From the NCBI GenBank assembly GCA_030704615.1, contig CM060732.1:11470001-11534000 (forward strand): DNA of 64,000 bases. The letters are read 5' to 3'. Under the pieces are notes generated by a model. The model did not search any database. It had not been told where the DNA came from and saw nothing but the letters and a program-made list of their open reading frames with translations. The first letter of the stretch is position 1. Each line of letters starts with the position of its first letter. The stretch comes from Takakia lepidozioides. Its lineage: Eukaryota; Plantae; Bryophyta. The translations under genes were made by a program, and so were the position numbers. Positions 51,801-64,000 of the stretch are shown piece after piece.

Positions 51801-52020
51801 GCGCATGGATCCTGACCCGTGGAAAAAGGTTATGCACCCAGAGTATCCAGAATACAGGAAGCAGCTTACTCTTGAGGTGTTGTCTATTGTTCTACCAGAG
51901 AGCAAGAACCAAGAGCAGGTGTTAGCCCTGTTAGCCACTTTGAAGGCACACTTGCCCCATGAGTTAGTTGAGCTTTTACAGTCAAGAATGTTTTTCAAAA
52001 CTCTGCCTTGAGTGGGTAAT
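48805..52020 (+). pseudogene. alpha/beta-hydrolase - clathrin heavy chain fusion gene (copy C; first hydrolase exon missing)
   Basis: Exons ~48805-49165, 49603-49761, 49873-49977, 50101-50179, 50286-50369, 50642-50777, ~51063-51199, 51401-51679 and 51790-52020. Inverted copy of B and direct copy of A. Confidence 0.85.
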
Positions 52021-52510
52021 CACCTCTAAAATGATCTCTTTGCACTCTGGTGGCATTCAACGACCATGGGGAGGGAGGTGGGGATCTCAAATGGAAACAG
52101 GGGCGGGCCAGTGCTCCCTTCCTACACTCTCCCTCCCTTCTTACGTCAAAAGGACCATGCTTCACAATGTGATAAGGCCTGCTTTGGAGTATGCATCAGT
52201 CGTGCGAGTTGACAACTCCAACCATGCCAAGTCCCTTGAATGCATCCAGGTTGTACCAAACGCTCCTCAACACACACACTGAAAGAAAGAGCTTGATCAC
52301 ATGGTTTGTCTTCAACCTGCCCACACTGTGTACTGTGGTTTGCTAATACATTTTAGGATAGAGTAGTTGTTGTTTCAAAGTACATTTGGTTCATCTACTT
52401 GATAGCCTATGTGAACTTTAGTGACGTAAGTCTTATGGGGAGTGTGTGAGTGGATACAGTGACTACAGAATTAACAGCAAACAATTACAACAAGGGCAAG
52501 GTCGAAAGCA

Positions 52511-54248
52511 TTGGCACTGGGGCTATTAAGCAGAGATAAGACAGATCATGTGAACATGGACAACAACCATTTGGATGGTGACAAAGTAGTGGATGATTTA
52601 GTACTTTATGTGGAAGCAATGTTGAATGAGGGTGCCACAATGAAATCAATCGCCACTGCCCTTGCTTTTGATGATGTACGACCATTGAGAAGATTGCTAT
52701 CAGAAGTCCAAGGGTCTCCTTTCAAAGTTCATCATGAATTGAGTGTCCAATGCTTGTGTGAAAAGATTCAAGAGTTACTTCCTATTGAAGAGAATGGGTC
52801 AAATTGGGGAATGAGAACAGTGCAATCTGCCTTAAGGAGGTCAAATTGGCGGATTCCTCGAAGGAAGGTGGGGGAAGCTTTGAAAATCATCTCACCCTAC
52901 CATTATGAGCGTAGGAGAAGGGCACAGGCAATTCGGAGGACTCAGTATAATGTGACAATGCCTATGGCTCTATGGCACATTGACTGTAAGTATTTTATCT
53001 CATGCATCTTAATGTTCTTTGAAGATGCACATGCAAGACGTTTTCTTTGTATTACATATCGCACAAAATTGTAGGCAAACTAAAACATGTCTGCAATTCG
53101 TGGTGCAGCTTATGACAAATTGATTATGTTTGGTCTTCGAGTACATGCTGGCATTGATGGGGCCTCTCATTTTGTTTTATGGGCGAACGTTGCAAGAAAC
53201 AAGAAAGAAAAAACCATTTTCAAAGGATATCACGATGCAGTTTCCAAGTTTGGAGCACCTTTACGAATTCGATCTGATTTTGCAGTAGAGCACTCTCTTA
53301 TAAAACAACACATTGAAGCCACACGTTCTGAAACACCCAATCCGTACTTGACTGGGTCTTCTACACACAATCAGGTTAGTGTTCTATACAATTCTATCTT
53401 GCATATCAACTTTACGTTTCTGTCATATTTCTTGGTTCATCTTTATTAATCTTTGAGTGTGTAATGTTGTGCATATTCCTAATACTTTGTGTGGTGTAAT
53501 CACCACGTTAGAGGATTGAACACTTTTGGCGGCATCTATGGGAGAAGGTAATGTTCTACTACAAAAATTGCTTCCAAGCAATGGTCAATGATGGATTATT
53601 GGATATGGACGATCCGTGGCAACGAGAATCTTTTATTGACGTATATATGCCCATACTACAAGAAGCTGTTGATGAATACGTGAAGATTTGGAATGGACAT
53701 CGAGTTCGCACGATAATGAAAACGGTCGATATCGTCGATCACATGTTCCTGCTCGTTTCTTTCGCGAGTATGAACGTTTGCATGGGTAAGCTCATGGTTT
53801 TCTCTTGTTTGTACTTTCATTGTTAAGCTACAATTTACATTGGAATGTTATTCTAATGTGGTGATGTGTTTGATCATGTAGATGGACCAGCCACCTTATT
53901 GATGACCCACGATTCAGGAAGACCCCCGACACATTGGTAACCAAGACTTGGGGCCTCGTGGGAATCAAAGGTGGCGATGTGCAGGTGGTTTGCATGACCT
54001 TCCTACCAAAAGAGCTGAACTCATTCCTGACATGGTTCGTGTCCGTGCACAAGCTTATGAAATTGGAAAGGTTGGGAAGGATTCGATCTCTTGTTTTCAT
54101 CTCCACTACTACATGTCTCGGTATTGTGGTTTGGCAACGCATGAACATAGATATTTTGATCAATTGGACCTCATTAGTAATACCGTGTTAAGTAGGGAAG
54201 CTCTCCAACTTTTAATTACACAAGCTCTTGTATGTAATTGTGATTAAC
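52511..54248 (+). CDS. Intron-containing DDE transposase / integrase-core protein of the IS3-related eukaryotic (IS3EU-like) type; frameshift near 53715
   Basis: Splicing ...52985/53109-53374/53512... yields WGMRTVQSALR, PMALWHID-SYDKLIMFGLRVHAGIDGASH, GAPLRIRSD, GSSTHNQ-RIEHFWR and WNGHRVR. The D, D and E residues are intact. Confidence 0.8.
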
Positions 54249-54329
54249 TGAATAAGTGGGACAATCACATTCAAAGATAATTATTTTATGTCACGTACTT
54301 TGAGGATTTCTGTTAAATAAATGTCATCT

Positions 54330-56460
54330 TTTCCCTTCATCATATCCATTGTCCATATTGAACCATACACCCTAAACCATTATCATCTCCCAACCATACT
54401 ACTTGGGGGCAGGGCCTGGGTTGTACGATCTCTGGAGGGTTGTGAAATTGTTGGGTTTCATTGGGAAGTGCACAGCGTGAGGCTCATGAGGCCGCCTTTT
54501 ATCTCCAACAATCTTTGTCTGCCCCACATATGAGACAATGATGACCAACTTGCCTCATTTTCAAGAACCCTCTATTCATAATCTAAGAATTTTGCATACA
54601 GTAATAAAAATCTGAATATACACTCATGGAGACACGAATATTCAACCAGGACTTATAGCTGCACCCTTGTCTCTTATATGCCATGTACCTTGAGTTTAAA
54701 ATCTGATAACTTGTGTTCTGTTGATTGGAGTCATGGTTTCTCCAACTGCTGTATACCTTCCATAGCCACCGAGAGGTCTATCTCTCCAGGTTTTAGAACA
54801 CTCCTGTAGCCTGTACAACCACAAAGTAGAATTTTTTTGCTTCCATGTAACATTTATTTTTCTCACATAAGTGGTCAACAACCTTACACTTGGCATGATA
54901 GGTTAGGAGTCTACTTTGAGATGCCCAAGTCAAGTTTCAACCTCTACTGAATGGACGCCCTTTGCGCAGGTGTAGTGGTATAGCGCTTGATTACAACAGA
55001 ACTTAGTTAATTTTGGTAAATTAGTCTATATGCAGGTAGAGGTATCGTCATTGGGTACTAGCCCTGTTTGGTATACTCACAGAGGTACAGCGCTTGATTC
55101 CAAAGAAACTTAGTCAAAACTACACCATCTGTAGGTAAGGGTATCGTTATGAGGTAGTTTCCCTGTTAGCATGTTTCATCTGCACCTTGAGACACTAACC
55201 AATTTCATACTGCCAAGCCCTTATAGTGCCAATATACGGGTATGTACATATACCAAACATGATACCACTGTAAGAGTATCAACGTCTAAGAGTTGATATA
55301 TTAAACTCTCTATCGAACACACAGCCCAATTGCAACATGATACCTTTGTAAGGGTATCGAAACAAGATTATTGGAGATAATTCTCGAAATGAACATGTCT
55401 TTTGTTTTCTCTGGGGTTGTGTCATGGGGGCCAGATACTAGTGCCAGGGGAGTACATGATGATGCAGGGGAAGCCATTCATCAATTGTGAGGTTTGAAAT
55501 TGTCTGTTTCTTTCAGAGATAGCCATATTTCTTTTGCCAATAACGTGCCTTGAACCACCTTGTGCCATTTCCCACAGTCGCTCCGCTTTCAATTTGAACC
55601 TGTAACGCGCCTTGTTCTCATACACCCTCTTTCTCTTATCTGCATCCCCATAGATCTTCATGTTCGTTCTATGGTAATTTTGTTTTCTCTTCTTCCTATC
55701 CGTAGGGCGACCAGGCTTACCTGGAAGGAGGCGAGGACCTCCACACTTTACCACAAGGTGGTTTTGGAAGTTATGTTTGTCCTTCCAACCCATGGAAGGT
55801 CCTTCGCCGCAGATCAAACAAAACCAATGTCCATTCTCCCGTTTGTAGTGCACCCCCTCTTGTGCAAACGAACCACCTAAATAACATAGATAGTGGATGT
55901 GTGAAATTAGGCATACCAGGGTTTTAGAAATGGAGATTCACCTACATGATGATACCTTTGTAAAGATATTTGTCTCTAGGCATCTATTATACTTCTGTGT
56001 TTAGCACTACACCTATCCTGCACATAATGCACATACCTCTGTACAGAAAAGACACCTTTTAATACCTCTGTGGAAGTAAAGACGTTGCATACAATCCAAG
56101 CAATAAAAGAATGAAAATGTACTTGAAACTAGGAATCCCCTAGGAGTCCCAAGAGTTGTAAATAAGCATGAACTTACTTCCTTGCCCTCCTAGCACTCCT
56201 TGCCCTCCCCTGTACGCGCCGGCTCTGTCGAGGTAACAGGAGTTGGTACGACGTCACTGTTTGCTACAACAGACACAACGCAAGATGAAGGGGCTTCATG
56301 ACGTCTTGACTTCACTTTGATACGCTTCCCTGTTATGTTGGATCTTCCCATGTTTAGATACCTTCCTGTCTCCTGGAAAAAACAATGTTGTTTGAAAAGC
56401 ACGGTGCTCCGAGCTCGTAGCACTGGACCCCTATTCCTATCTTCACAAAAAGACAATGTT
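54330..56460 (-). pseudogene. Multi-exon accessory gene with C2HC-type zinc finger(s), convergent with the transposase
   Basis: ORF 55422-55853 has WFCLICG-x13-H-x4-C followed by a K/R-rich tract. A second HHCLICG motif lies at ~54525-54545. Donor GTAAGT at ~56177. A possible upstream exon at 60558-60818 lies beyond the LINE insertion. Confidence 0.5.
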
Positions 56461-57018
56461 GTTATAGGGCAGAGAACACACCCTGAAGTTGTCTACTGTT
56501 GCCTGCAAGCTCTTGAGATGTGGCTCTTTTTTTAGCAGATTGGCCAGCAACCTAATATTGCGGAGACAATAAACACCCAACAGTCACACTGACCATCAAC
56601 CTAAACTTAATTCCAAGCATTACAGACGAGCCATGACACAAACACTAACCCCTTCACTCCAATTGTTCTTCATGTGTTTTGCTCACAGACTAGTTTACCA
56701 GTTAGGGCCTTCTTGCTCACATCTTCAAAGAATACAAGCACTGCAAACACATGTTGCTGGCTAGCAAGGTTCAAGTCACACCCTTCCAATGGAAATGACA
56801 GCAGAAACAAAATGAAGCCAACCAACTCCCTAAACTCATTTCCTAACATTGTTAACCATGCTGAGCACCACATCTGAAATAAGCATGTCTCAGATTGATT
56901 TAGATATGTACCTTGTCACGAGTGGTGCATGTAGCTTCCCTGTACCCACAGTAAACCCTGACTATTGTTACAATTTGCACAAAAGCTTGTCAAGTAACTT
57001 TCACACCTACTCTTATCC

Positions 57019-60000
57019 TTGAGGTCATCCAACATGTCCTCCCCCATGTCACTGACTGGAAACAAGTTCAGGGAAGTTTTCTGCCTAACTTCATTTTCAT
57101 CAGACAATCTCATGGCAACAGACATGGCTGAGGACACTAGAGCCTCTAAGTCAGACTTATCCAGCAGGGTCAAGCCTTGCGGATACAGGTCCAGGTCCTT
57201 GAGGATCTCTTGTACTCTCTTCTGCCAGGACTTAGCCTGTTTGACAGGGCGGTCCTGTTTCCAAGATATAGAGTCGATTAATTTAGGATATCTGGTGTTG
57301 GGCATATGTTGCAGCTGACCCCACCATCTGACCTTGAATTCATGTCGTCGGGAGCTGAAGGACGGAATGCCAAACTCACCCCGAACAGCCACATTGGCTG
57401 TTTTGGAGCATGCTGACATACACTCCTTAACCACCCCCACTTGAATGGATTCTACAGACTTAGCCTGGTTGGAGTTATCAACCCATATAGCAGATCCGTA
57501 CTCCAAGGCGGGTCTAATAACGCGACAAAGCATGGTTTTCTTAACCTCAGAGTTGACCCCTCTGCAGTGCAAAAATTTAGTGAGCCCCAGTGCTTTGCCC
57601 TTGCCAGTTTGAACAACTTTCCGGATATGTGCATCCCAATTACAATTGGAGGAGAACTCAACACCCAGGTAAGTGTAGGAAGGGAGGACCGGGATCTCTT
57701 GGCTACCCCACTGCCACTTAAGATCACTTCCTCCCTCTCCTCTGTCGTTGAATGCTACCACTGCACATTTGCTGACATTAGCCTCTAGCCCCCAAAGATC
57801 AAAGTATGTCTTCGCGCAATCAATCAACTCCTGGAGATTGGTTGGAGTCTCCCCTATGCCTGCGAAGTCATCCGCAAACATAAGGGCTGGTATGGTGGTA
57901 TCACCCACCCTTAACCCAAATCCCTCACTTTCCACATCCTCGAGGAGTTGATTGATGAAAACATTGAAGAGCAGAGGGGAGAGAGTACATCCTTGAGCTA
58001 CACCTTGGTCTAAGTCAAAGAAGTTGGACTTCTGTCCGTTAACAGTGACACAACTTTTGGTGTGAGCATACAAGTTGTGGACAACTCTCCACATCTTTCC
58101 CTTGATCCCACAAGACCAGAGGCGGAACCATAGGCCATCTCTCCACACTGTGTCATAAGCCTTTTTGACATCCAGGAAAAAGACATAAGTGGGTTTCCCT
58201 TCTTTTTCCTTCCCTGGATAATCTGGCTTAGAGTGAAGATATGATCCACACAGCCCCTGTTTTGCCGAAAGCCAGCTTGGCCTTCGTGGAAACAACCTCT
58301 AGACTCCAGATCAACCTCGAGACGAGTACTTATAAATAAGCAGAATGTCTTGCCAACAACATTGAGGAGCGTGATGCCACGGTAGTTCCCCGGTTCTTCT
58401 CTGTCACCCTTCTTGTATAGATTGACAATGACCCCCTGTCGCCAGCGAAAGGGGATCATTTCAGTCTTCCAGAGAAGGTTAAAGAGGAGAAGTAGGGCCT
58501 CTATCATGGGATCGCCACCGTGCTTGATAAGCTCGTTGACAATACCATCTGGTCCAGGAGCTTTACCTCCATTTATATGTTCAATTGCTTCGACAATCTC
58601 AAAAGAACTAATGGGAGCATTATAAGCCATTGAAATATACTCCAGTTCATCAGGGCTGTTTTGAATCATAGGAACAGTTTTTCCAACTGTGTCCCTCCAT
58701 TCAGCAGAAGACCCCTCACTGTTATACCTAGAAGTTCTGCCAAGGATACTGTAGTGAGTTTCAAAGGTTTTGACAATGTCAACCGATGAAGTCACCACTG
58801 CACCTTTAGTAGTCTTCAGCGCTTGTACTTGCTGACCGTTTTTCGGTTTGTACAAACGTTGAAGGGCCAAGCAGAATTTCTTGTCATTACCACCATGGTG
58901 GTTTGAGTTTATTTCACTGTATAACTTGTCCCAGTATAATTTTTTCTGAGACCTAACAAGCTGATTGATATCTTTACGGAGCTGGTAGTCCCTCGCCCAC
59001 AATTCTCTGTTGGTTTCCAAATTGCAGCACTGTTTATAGAGGGCTCGTCTCTCAGCTATCTTGAGTTTAATCTCATTAGTCCACCAATTAACAGCTCTAC
59101 CGCAGACAATTAGTTTCCTCCCAATGATCTTGTCAGCCACGGAGAAACGAAACTCTCCCAAGAGTCCACTGCTCGTACTCAGCCTTGACCTCCTCATTGT
59201 GGAATTTTTCTATGCGCCACTTCCGAATCGAACGTTTCACAGATCTCTTGGTGGTGGGAAAACACCTTTTGATGTCAGTCCAAACCAGGAAGTGGTCAGA
59301 GGTACCAATATCAGTTCTGTCGATCAACACATCGGCACACTGGGGGAACAAAATTTTGTCCATTATGATATAGTCCACAATGGAACGTTCCCCAGTTTGG
59401 GGTTTCTCACGAGTCCACTGCACTTGGTCACCTCTTGTCCTGTTATTCAAGGTCAAAAGCTGAAGCTCTTCTAGACAGTTAATTAACCGTCTGCCATTAG
59501 AATTCAGCTCGTCCTCACCAAAAGGTCCAATGATATCGTCCTGATGGATCCCTTTGCCCACCCAGGCATTGAAGTCCCCCAATAGTACCACCTGACCTTT
59601 GGCAAGGAACGAAGCACAGTCCAGCTTCAAAACTTGTGAGGCCTTGTCTGCGTCAGCACACAGGGTCCCCTCTGTGGGCATGTAAACACAACGGACAAAG
59701 AGGTCCAGCAGAGTACTCATGCCGCCCTTCAAATTCAGTTTTAGCCAGATACTATGCTCGTACCTCAAACCCTTGTTGATAATTTCACAATTGTCAAACA
59801 AGAAATCACGGACGAACTTATTTGAGATTGAATTGATGCGGGACTCTATTAGAAGCACTTTTGGTCATTACAACCTTCAACGTATCCCTGTTATCAAGTC
59901 TCGAGATGGTACCATTAACCATGAAATCCAAGCCTAAGGTAGAGCATGTAGTTTTAAAGGACACATCGTCCATCCTGGGATTCACCCCAAAAACTACACA

Positions 60001-60218
60001 TGAAGCCCTAGAGTTGGCATAAGTAACCAATTCCCAGGGATCACCCTGAGGAGTGTTGATGTTGATAGGAGCTAAATTTTTGATTGTTTTCGCAGGCCAT
60101 AAGTTTAAGCACATGAACCAACCCGAGCCCAAGTGCCGAGTATGCTAGACAGAGCATACGACTGCCCAATTTGGGCGGAGGGGCTGCCCCCAAGCGGTAG
60201 GAGTCCGCTTGTTACCAT
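57019..60218 (-). mobile_element. Second copy of the RTE-like LINE, deleted and frameshifted, nested in the IS3EU-like element
   Basis: ORFs 59133-59858, 58010-59197 and 56916-58295 are near-identical to 42140-44953. Internal deletions at ~59170 and ~59815. The 3' end is missing. Confidence 0.92.
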
Positions 60219-60458
60219 TCAGAGATCACACTCCAGGGAGTTGCAGGGAATGGCCCGTGTAGGCATATTCTAAAGAGGGAAAGGCCCCAAGCTTTCCAAC
60301 TAAATCCAATGCACTACCTTACCTGAAGCAAAACGCTTAAGGTCGAAACAAACAAGGACACGAGGTCAGAAGGCCGGCATTTAGTGACAGAGACATTAAT
60401 GTACTCCCGTTTCAAGTCCACCCAATGTCAATAGGCTTCCTAGAGGACAGGGAGAAAC

Positions 60459-60460
<2 letters not shown>

Positions 60461-60502
<42 letters not shown>
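60461..60502. repeat. (GA)n microsatellite
   Basis: Direct reading of the sequence. Confidence 0.95.
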
Positions 60503-60505
<3 letters not shown>

Positions 60506-60914
60506 GAAATGAAATAGGGTCTGGTTGTTTGTTTCTCCCTTGGCACCTAAGGTGATATTAGTTGTCCTCCGCATACATATCCAGCACACCAGAAAGAGAA
60601 GAAAGCTCTTTGAACTTACTTGAAGCATCTTGTATTTTCGAGGGTGCAGCATCCTTCATACTCAGGATGGACACGGTTGCCTTACCAAATGTGTCAGCTC
60701 TGCTGCTGCCTCTTCCTTGGCCTCTTCCTGTCCACCCAACCATGACACGTACCATGAAAAACTCACTTGACATTTCTATCCCACTCTTCTTATTGAGTAA
60801 ACCAGAAACAATAGACAATCATGTAGCCAAGTGCTACGCGATGAACAGCTGTAGAATCTAACAAGCGAGGACTGGGATAAAAACAGAGATAAGAATGCGT
60901 ACGTTGCCAATCCC

Positions 60915-61160
60915 TCTGTAGGTATACTAAACAGGGCAACTACCTCATAACGATACCTCAACCTGCATATAGGCTGATTTGACCAGGTTTTTTTGTAAGT
61001 CAGGCGCTATACCTCTGGTGGTATACTAAACAGGGCTACTGTCTCATGACGATACCTCCGCATAAATATAGATTAATTTGGCCAACTTTTCTTGTAAAAT
61101 GAAATACTATACCTCTGTAGATATATCAAACAGGGCTACAACCTAATGACGATACCTCTA
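60915..61160. repeat. ~100-bp tandem repeats, inverted relative to similar repeats at 54970-55170
   Basis: AAACAGGGC(A/T)AC....ATGACGATACCTC occurs three times here. The reverse complement GGTATCGT(C/T)AT...CCCTGTT occurs twice at 55040-55167. Confidence 0.75.
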
Positions 61161-61364
61161 CTAGTATATATGTGTAGTATATATCTCTCCTTTAGGGTAC
61201 GCGACTCATGTCGTGACTTAGGCCTTACCACAAGCAAAGAATGGACGGGCAGCAGGAATAGACGGGCCAGCATGTATATTCATCTTATACTCTCGTATGT
61301 ATATGTGTATACAATACATATACATGATCATATATTATATACAAAACTGTGTTAAAAATTATAG

Positions 61365-61492
61365 ATTACAATTCAATTGAATTGCAAATTAGGGTTAGTT
61401 CAATTGAATTGGCATCGCAATTCAATTGAATTGGCATCTGATCAAGTGAATTGCACTGCATTTCACATCAAGGCCTTTTTGGAATTCCCTAC
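61365..61492. mobile_element. Putative transposon terminus with repeated TTCAATTGAA / CAAGTGAATTG subterminal motifs
   Basis: The same terminus occurs at 47670-47829. Homology to the empty paralog (3826 onward) resumes right after 61492. Confidence 0.7.
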
Positions 61493-61683
61493 CCATCGGC
61501 AATTCGGGTCTTAGCAGTTGGAAGATTTCTTGGATGATCTGAAGAGCTCCCTGAGGCATTATCCAACCTACAATCACAATCCATCCACATGGCATAAAAG
61601 TGAATTCCATGCGTCATAATATCAGCTCGACTCGCACACCTATCTCCATAGGTGCCAGAAGAATTGGAGAATAGAGTAACTCA

Positions 61684-62432
61684 CTATTTAGAGTTCCTCC
61701 GAGGCACTTTCACTTTCGAGTACGCATTGATGGTGATTTTTTCATAATCCGACATCTCATCACTAGTAACTTGTACGATAGGATCTGCATTCGAATATAA
61801 AAAATACTTCATGAAGGTGTCATGTTTGTTTCTGGTGATAGTATATTGCTCGCCAGAACCTACCGTTTTCACTATCACGCCAGAGAGGCCTCGTTTCACA
61901 GTAAAGGGATGGCCAGTCTTGTTGATAATGTCTATTGACTCCACACTCGCGAATACTCGACCGAGGCTGTAACTGAAGCCCATCCATATAAACATGTTAG
62001 CTCATAAAGAAAATCACTTAGATGTCTTCAAATATCGGCACAAGAACCAGTCAATCAGTAAAACAACCTCGAAGTGCGAGTGCCAGCAACAGTGGTGAAT
62101 AGACCAGCTTACCGACTTCTGCGGGAAGGCCGCGGGTCATATGATTTTGAGTAACCTTTTATGGTGACACTTTCATTCCCGGCTATGTCATCACCATCAA
62201 CTTCAAGAACAAGATGTAAATTGTAGTATAGACCATACTTGTAGTCCTTGTTGCAGCAGATGTCATAGGTATCACCATCTTTCAGTGTGGTCAAGCATGA
62301 AGTTGCTGCCTCCCCTTTTGCCTTGTCTAAACCATCTGAGGATTCTTCCAAAACTGGAGGAAGTACGCCGTCAGAGGATTCTATCAACGCCATAGGACGG
62401 CCAGTCTTGTTGATAATTTTGGTCCCTTCCAT
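61684..62432 (-). CDS. Two-domain small protein (tentatively DUF7748-like), copy C
   Basis: Near-identical to 4020-4767. Donor GTAAGC at ~62112 and intact acceptor candidates CAG/TTACAG at ~61968-61976. Confidence 0.55.
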
Positions 62433-64000
62433 ACCTCAATATCCCCTCTTTCTTCTCTTCACCACAGGAAAGATACTCCGGAGGTCGTAAATAGGAACTC
62501 GACACTCAGTATTCTGGACCAAACAAATGTAGTTATGGTGTGCATCTTGTGGAAATGTTATAGAAAAGCACCTTGGCAGACATTTTCTCAATATGTGAAG
62601 AGCAAGATTATCAATGTAATGAAGCACGTGGAGAGATAAATACAGTAGTTGAATACTTGTGCTCTCTTCTGCATGAGTTGGGAAAACATGTCATTACGCT
62701 CGCTTGGGTTTATCGAAAGAGAGAGAGAGATGACGCCAACCATATTATTCTAACATACCTATCCATGTATGTGTCCATCTCTGTACTGCTACACTTGTCC
62801 TAAATTCTTGCACATAGGTAACAGTGTGTCCGGGCGGTGGACATCTATCCAATCCTTGATATATATGGGTTAGTGATTTGAATGACACTTGTGGTTAGTG
62901 TTCTTCTAATGTTCTTTAGAAGACCATTTGAACATTCCATTGCACAGAAAGAACCAACGAGACATCTGTCCTCTACAAAAATTCCAATGATCCAAAGAGT
63001 TCAACCTGGACGTCCAATCCTATGCCGCCTGTGCGTGATGCACATTTTTGTCCCGTCCCTCCATTTTTCTGGGTCGCCCCCTACCGAGTCTCTTGCTACA
63101 CGCTTCAATTCCACCACTCGCTCTTCTTGCCACCTCCTCTCTTACTTGATGCATACTCAGGTACGTGCTACAAACACTACTAGTATCTACACACGGGCGT
63201 CCCTCCACCTTGCTTAGCCCTCTAGGCTCTGGGGCGATAGCCACGCTCTTTTTCTATGAAGCATCTAGAAAGTTCACCTGTTAGCCCCGACTATAGCCAC
63301 GTCATTCCAATGCAGGCATCGCGCATGTCTACCCGGCACTTTGAGGCAGTCCAACGCATGTCCATTGGCCATTGCACGATTCTTTTTCGTTGACGTTGCG
63401 GTACACCTATATTATTTTCCAAGCTTAAATGTTTTTAAAACAAGGGAAACTGGGAGTCGCTGCCCACAATTCAGGCCCGTGCAAGAGGGGGAAAAGTAAG
63501 CCCCTTTCATTTATGAGCCGCACAGCCCTACCGCACGCACGAGGCCCACACACGCATCCCGAATCTGACCCGCGCTGTGCACGTAGCAGCCCATGTGGCC
63601 TCCTTTCAACCCCTAGTAACGTGCTAATAACTAGCGTAGTCAAGGAAGCCACACACTTGTCATCATTTCGTATTTACTGTGTCGGCAGCACAGTGGGCAC
63701 AGCACTGGGCCCTAATGCAATCATGCCTCGACGTGACCTCATGACCTCGGCGCGCGTCGTTGACTGAGCATTAACTACTTAGCCTATGTCACAGTGCGCA
63801 CCAGTTCCTCAAGTGGGCACATGGGGCGACACGGGCCAAGTGAGTGAATTGTAAGTGCTGAGTCGGGACATTGTACTGAGCTCTGCCCACGATCATGTCT
63901 CCTACTACTAGCTAGGGTTCACCCCTACTCCTAGGTTCGGGCAGCTTCAGCTGGGCAACGGGCGGGTTAGCAAATGAAATGAAAGAAGCCAACCGGAGTT

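Noticed and set aside
62800-64000. Short ORFs at the window end
   Set aside because: No recognisable domains or splice-supported structure.

Overview
Eukaryotic, intron-containing, transposon-saturated DNA from a land plant, most likely a non-seed plant (bryophyte-like). This is inferred from the PLS-DYW PPR gene, the chromodomain Ty3/gypsy elements and the alpha/beta-hydrolase and RNI-type LRR genes. Almost every gene is a pseudogene, and the window is built from segmental duplications. (1) Three copies (one partial, at the window edge) of a spliced gene fusing a SERAC1/HNL-type alpha/beta-hydrolase to an internal fragment of clathrin heavy chain: 1-1195 (+), 37899-41385 (-), 48805-52020 (+). 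Two copies have a small two-domain gene downstream. (2) A duplicated block of chromovirus plus hAT transposase, about 6150-13037 and 26130-36125. (3) A frameshifted PPR-E-DYW RNA-editing factor gene. (4) Two copies of an RTE-like LINE plus older LINE debris. (5) A TORNADO1-like LRR pseudogene. (6) A hairpin-forming ~77-bp satellite with higher-order structure, flanked by direct repeats. (7) An intron-containing IS3/IS3EU-like DDE transposase with a convergent zinc-finger gene and a shared, palindrome-rich terminus. The two best candidates for novelty are the hydrolase-clathrin fusion family (a possible integrated-decoy immune gene) and the IS3EU-like transposon in a plant. All family assignments come from recognising motifs by eye, with no database search. 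Many coordinates are approximate to within tens of bp.
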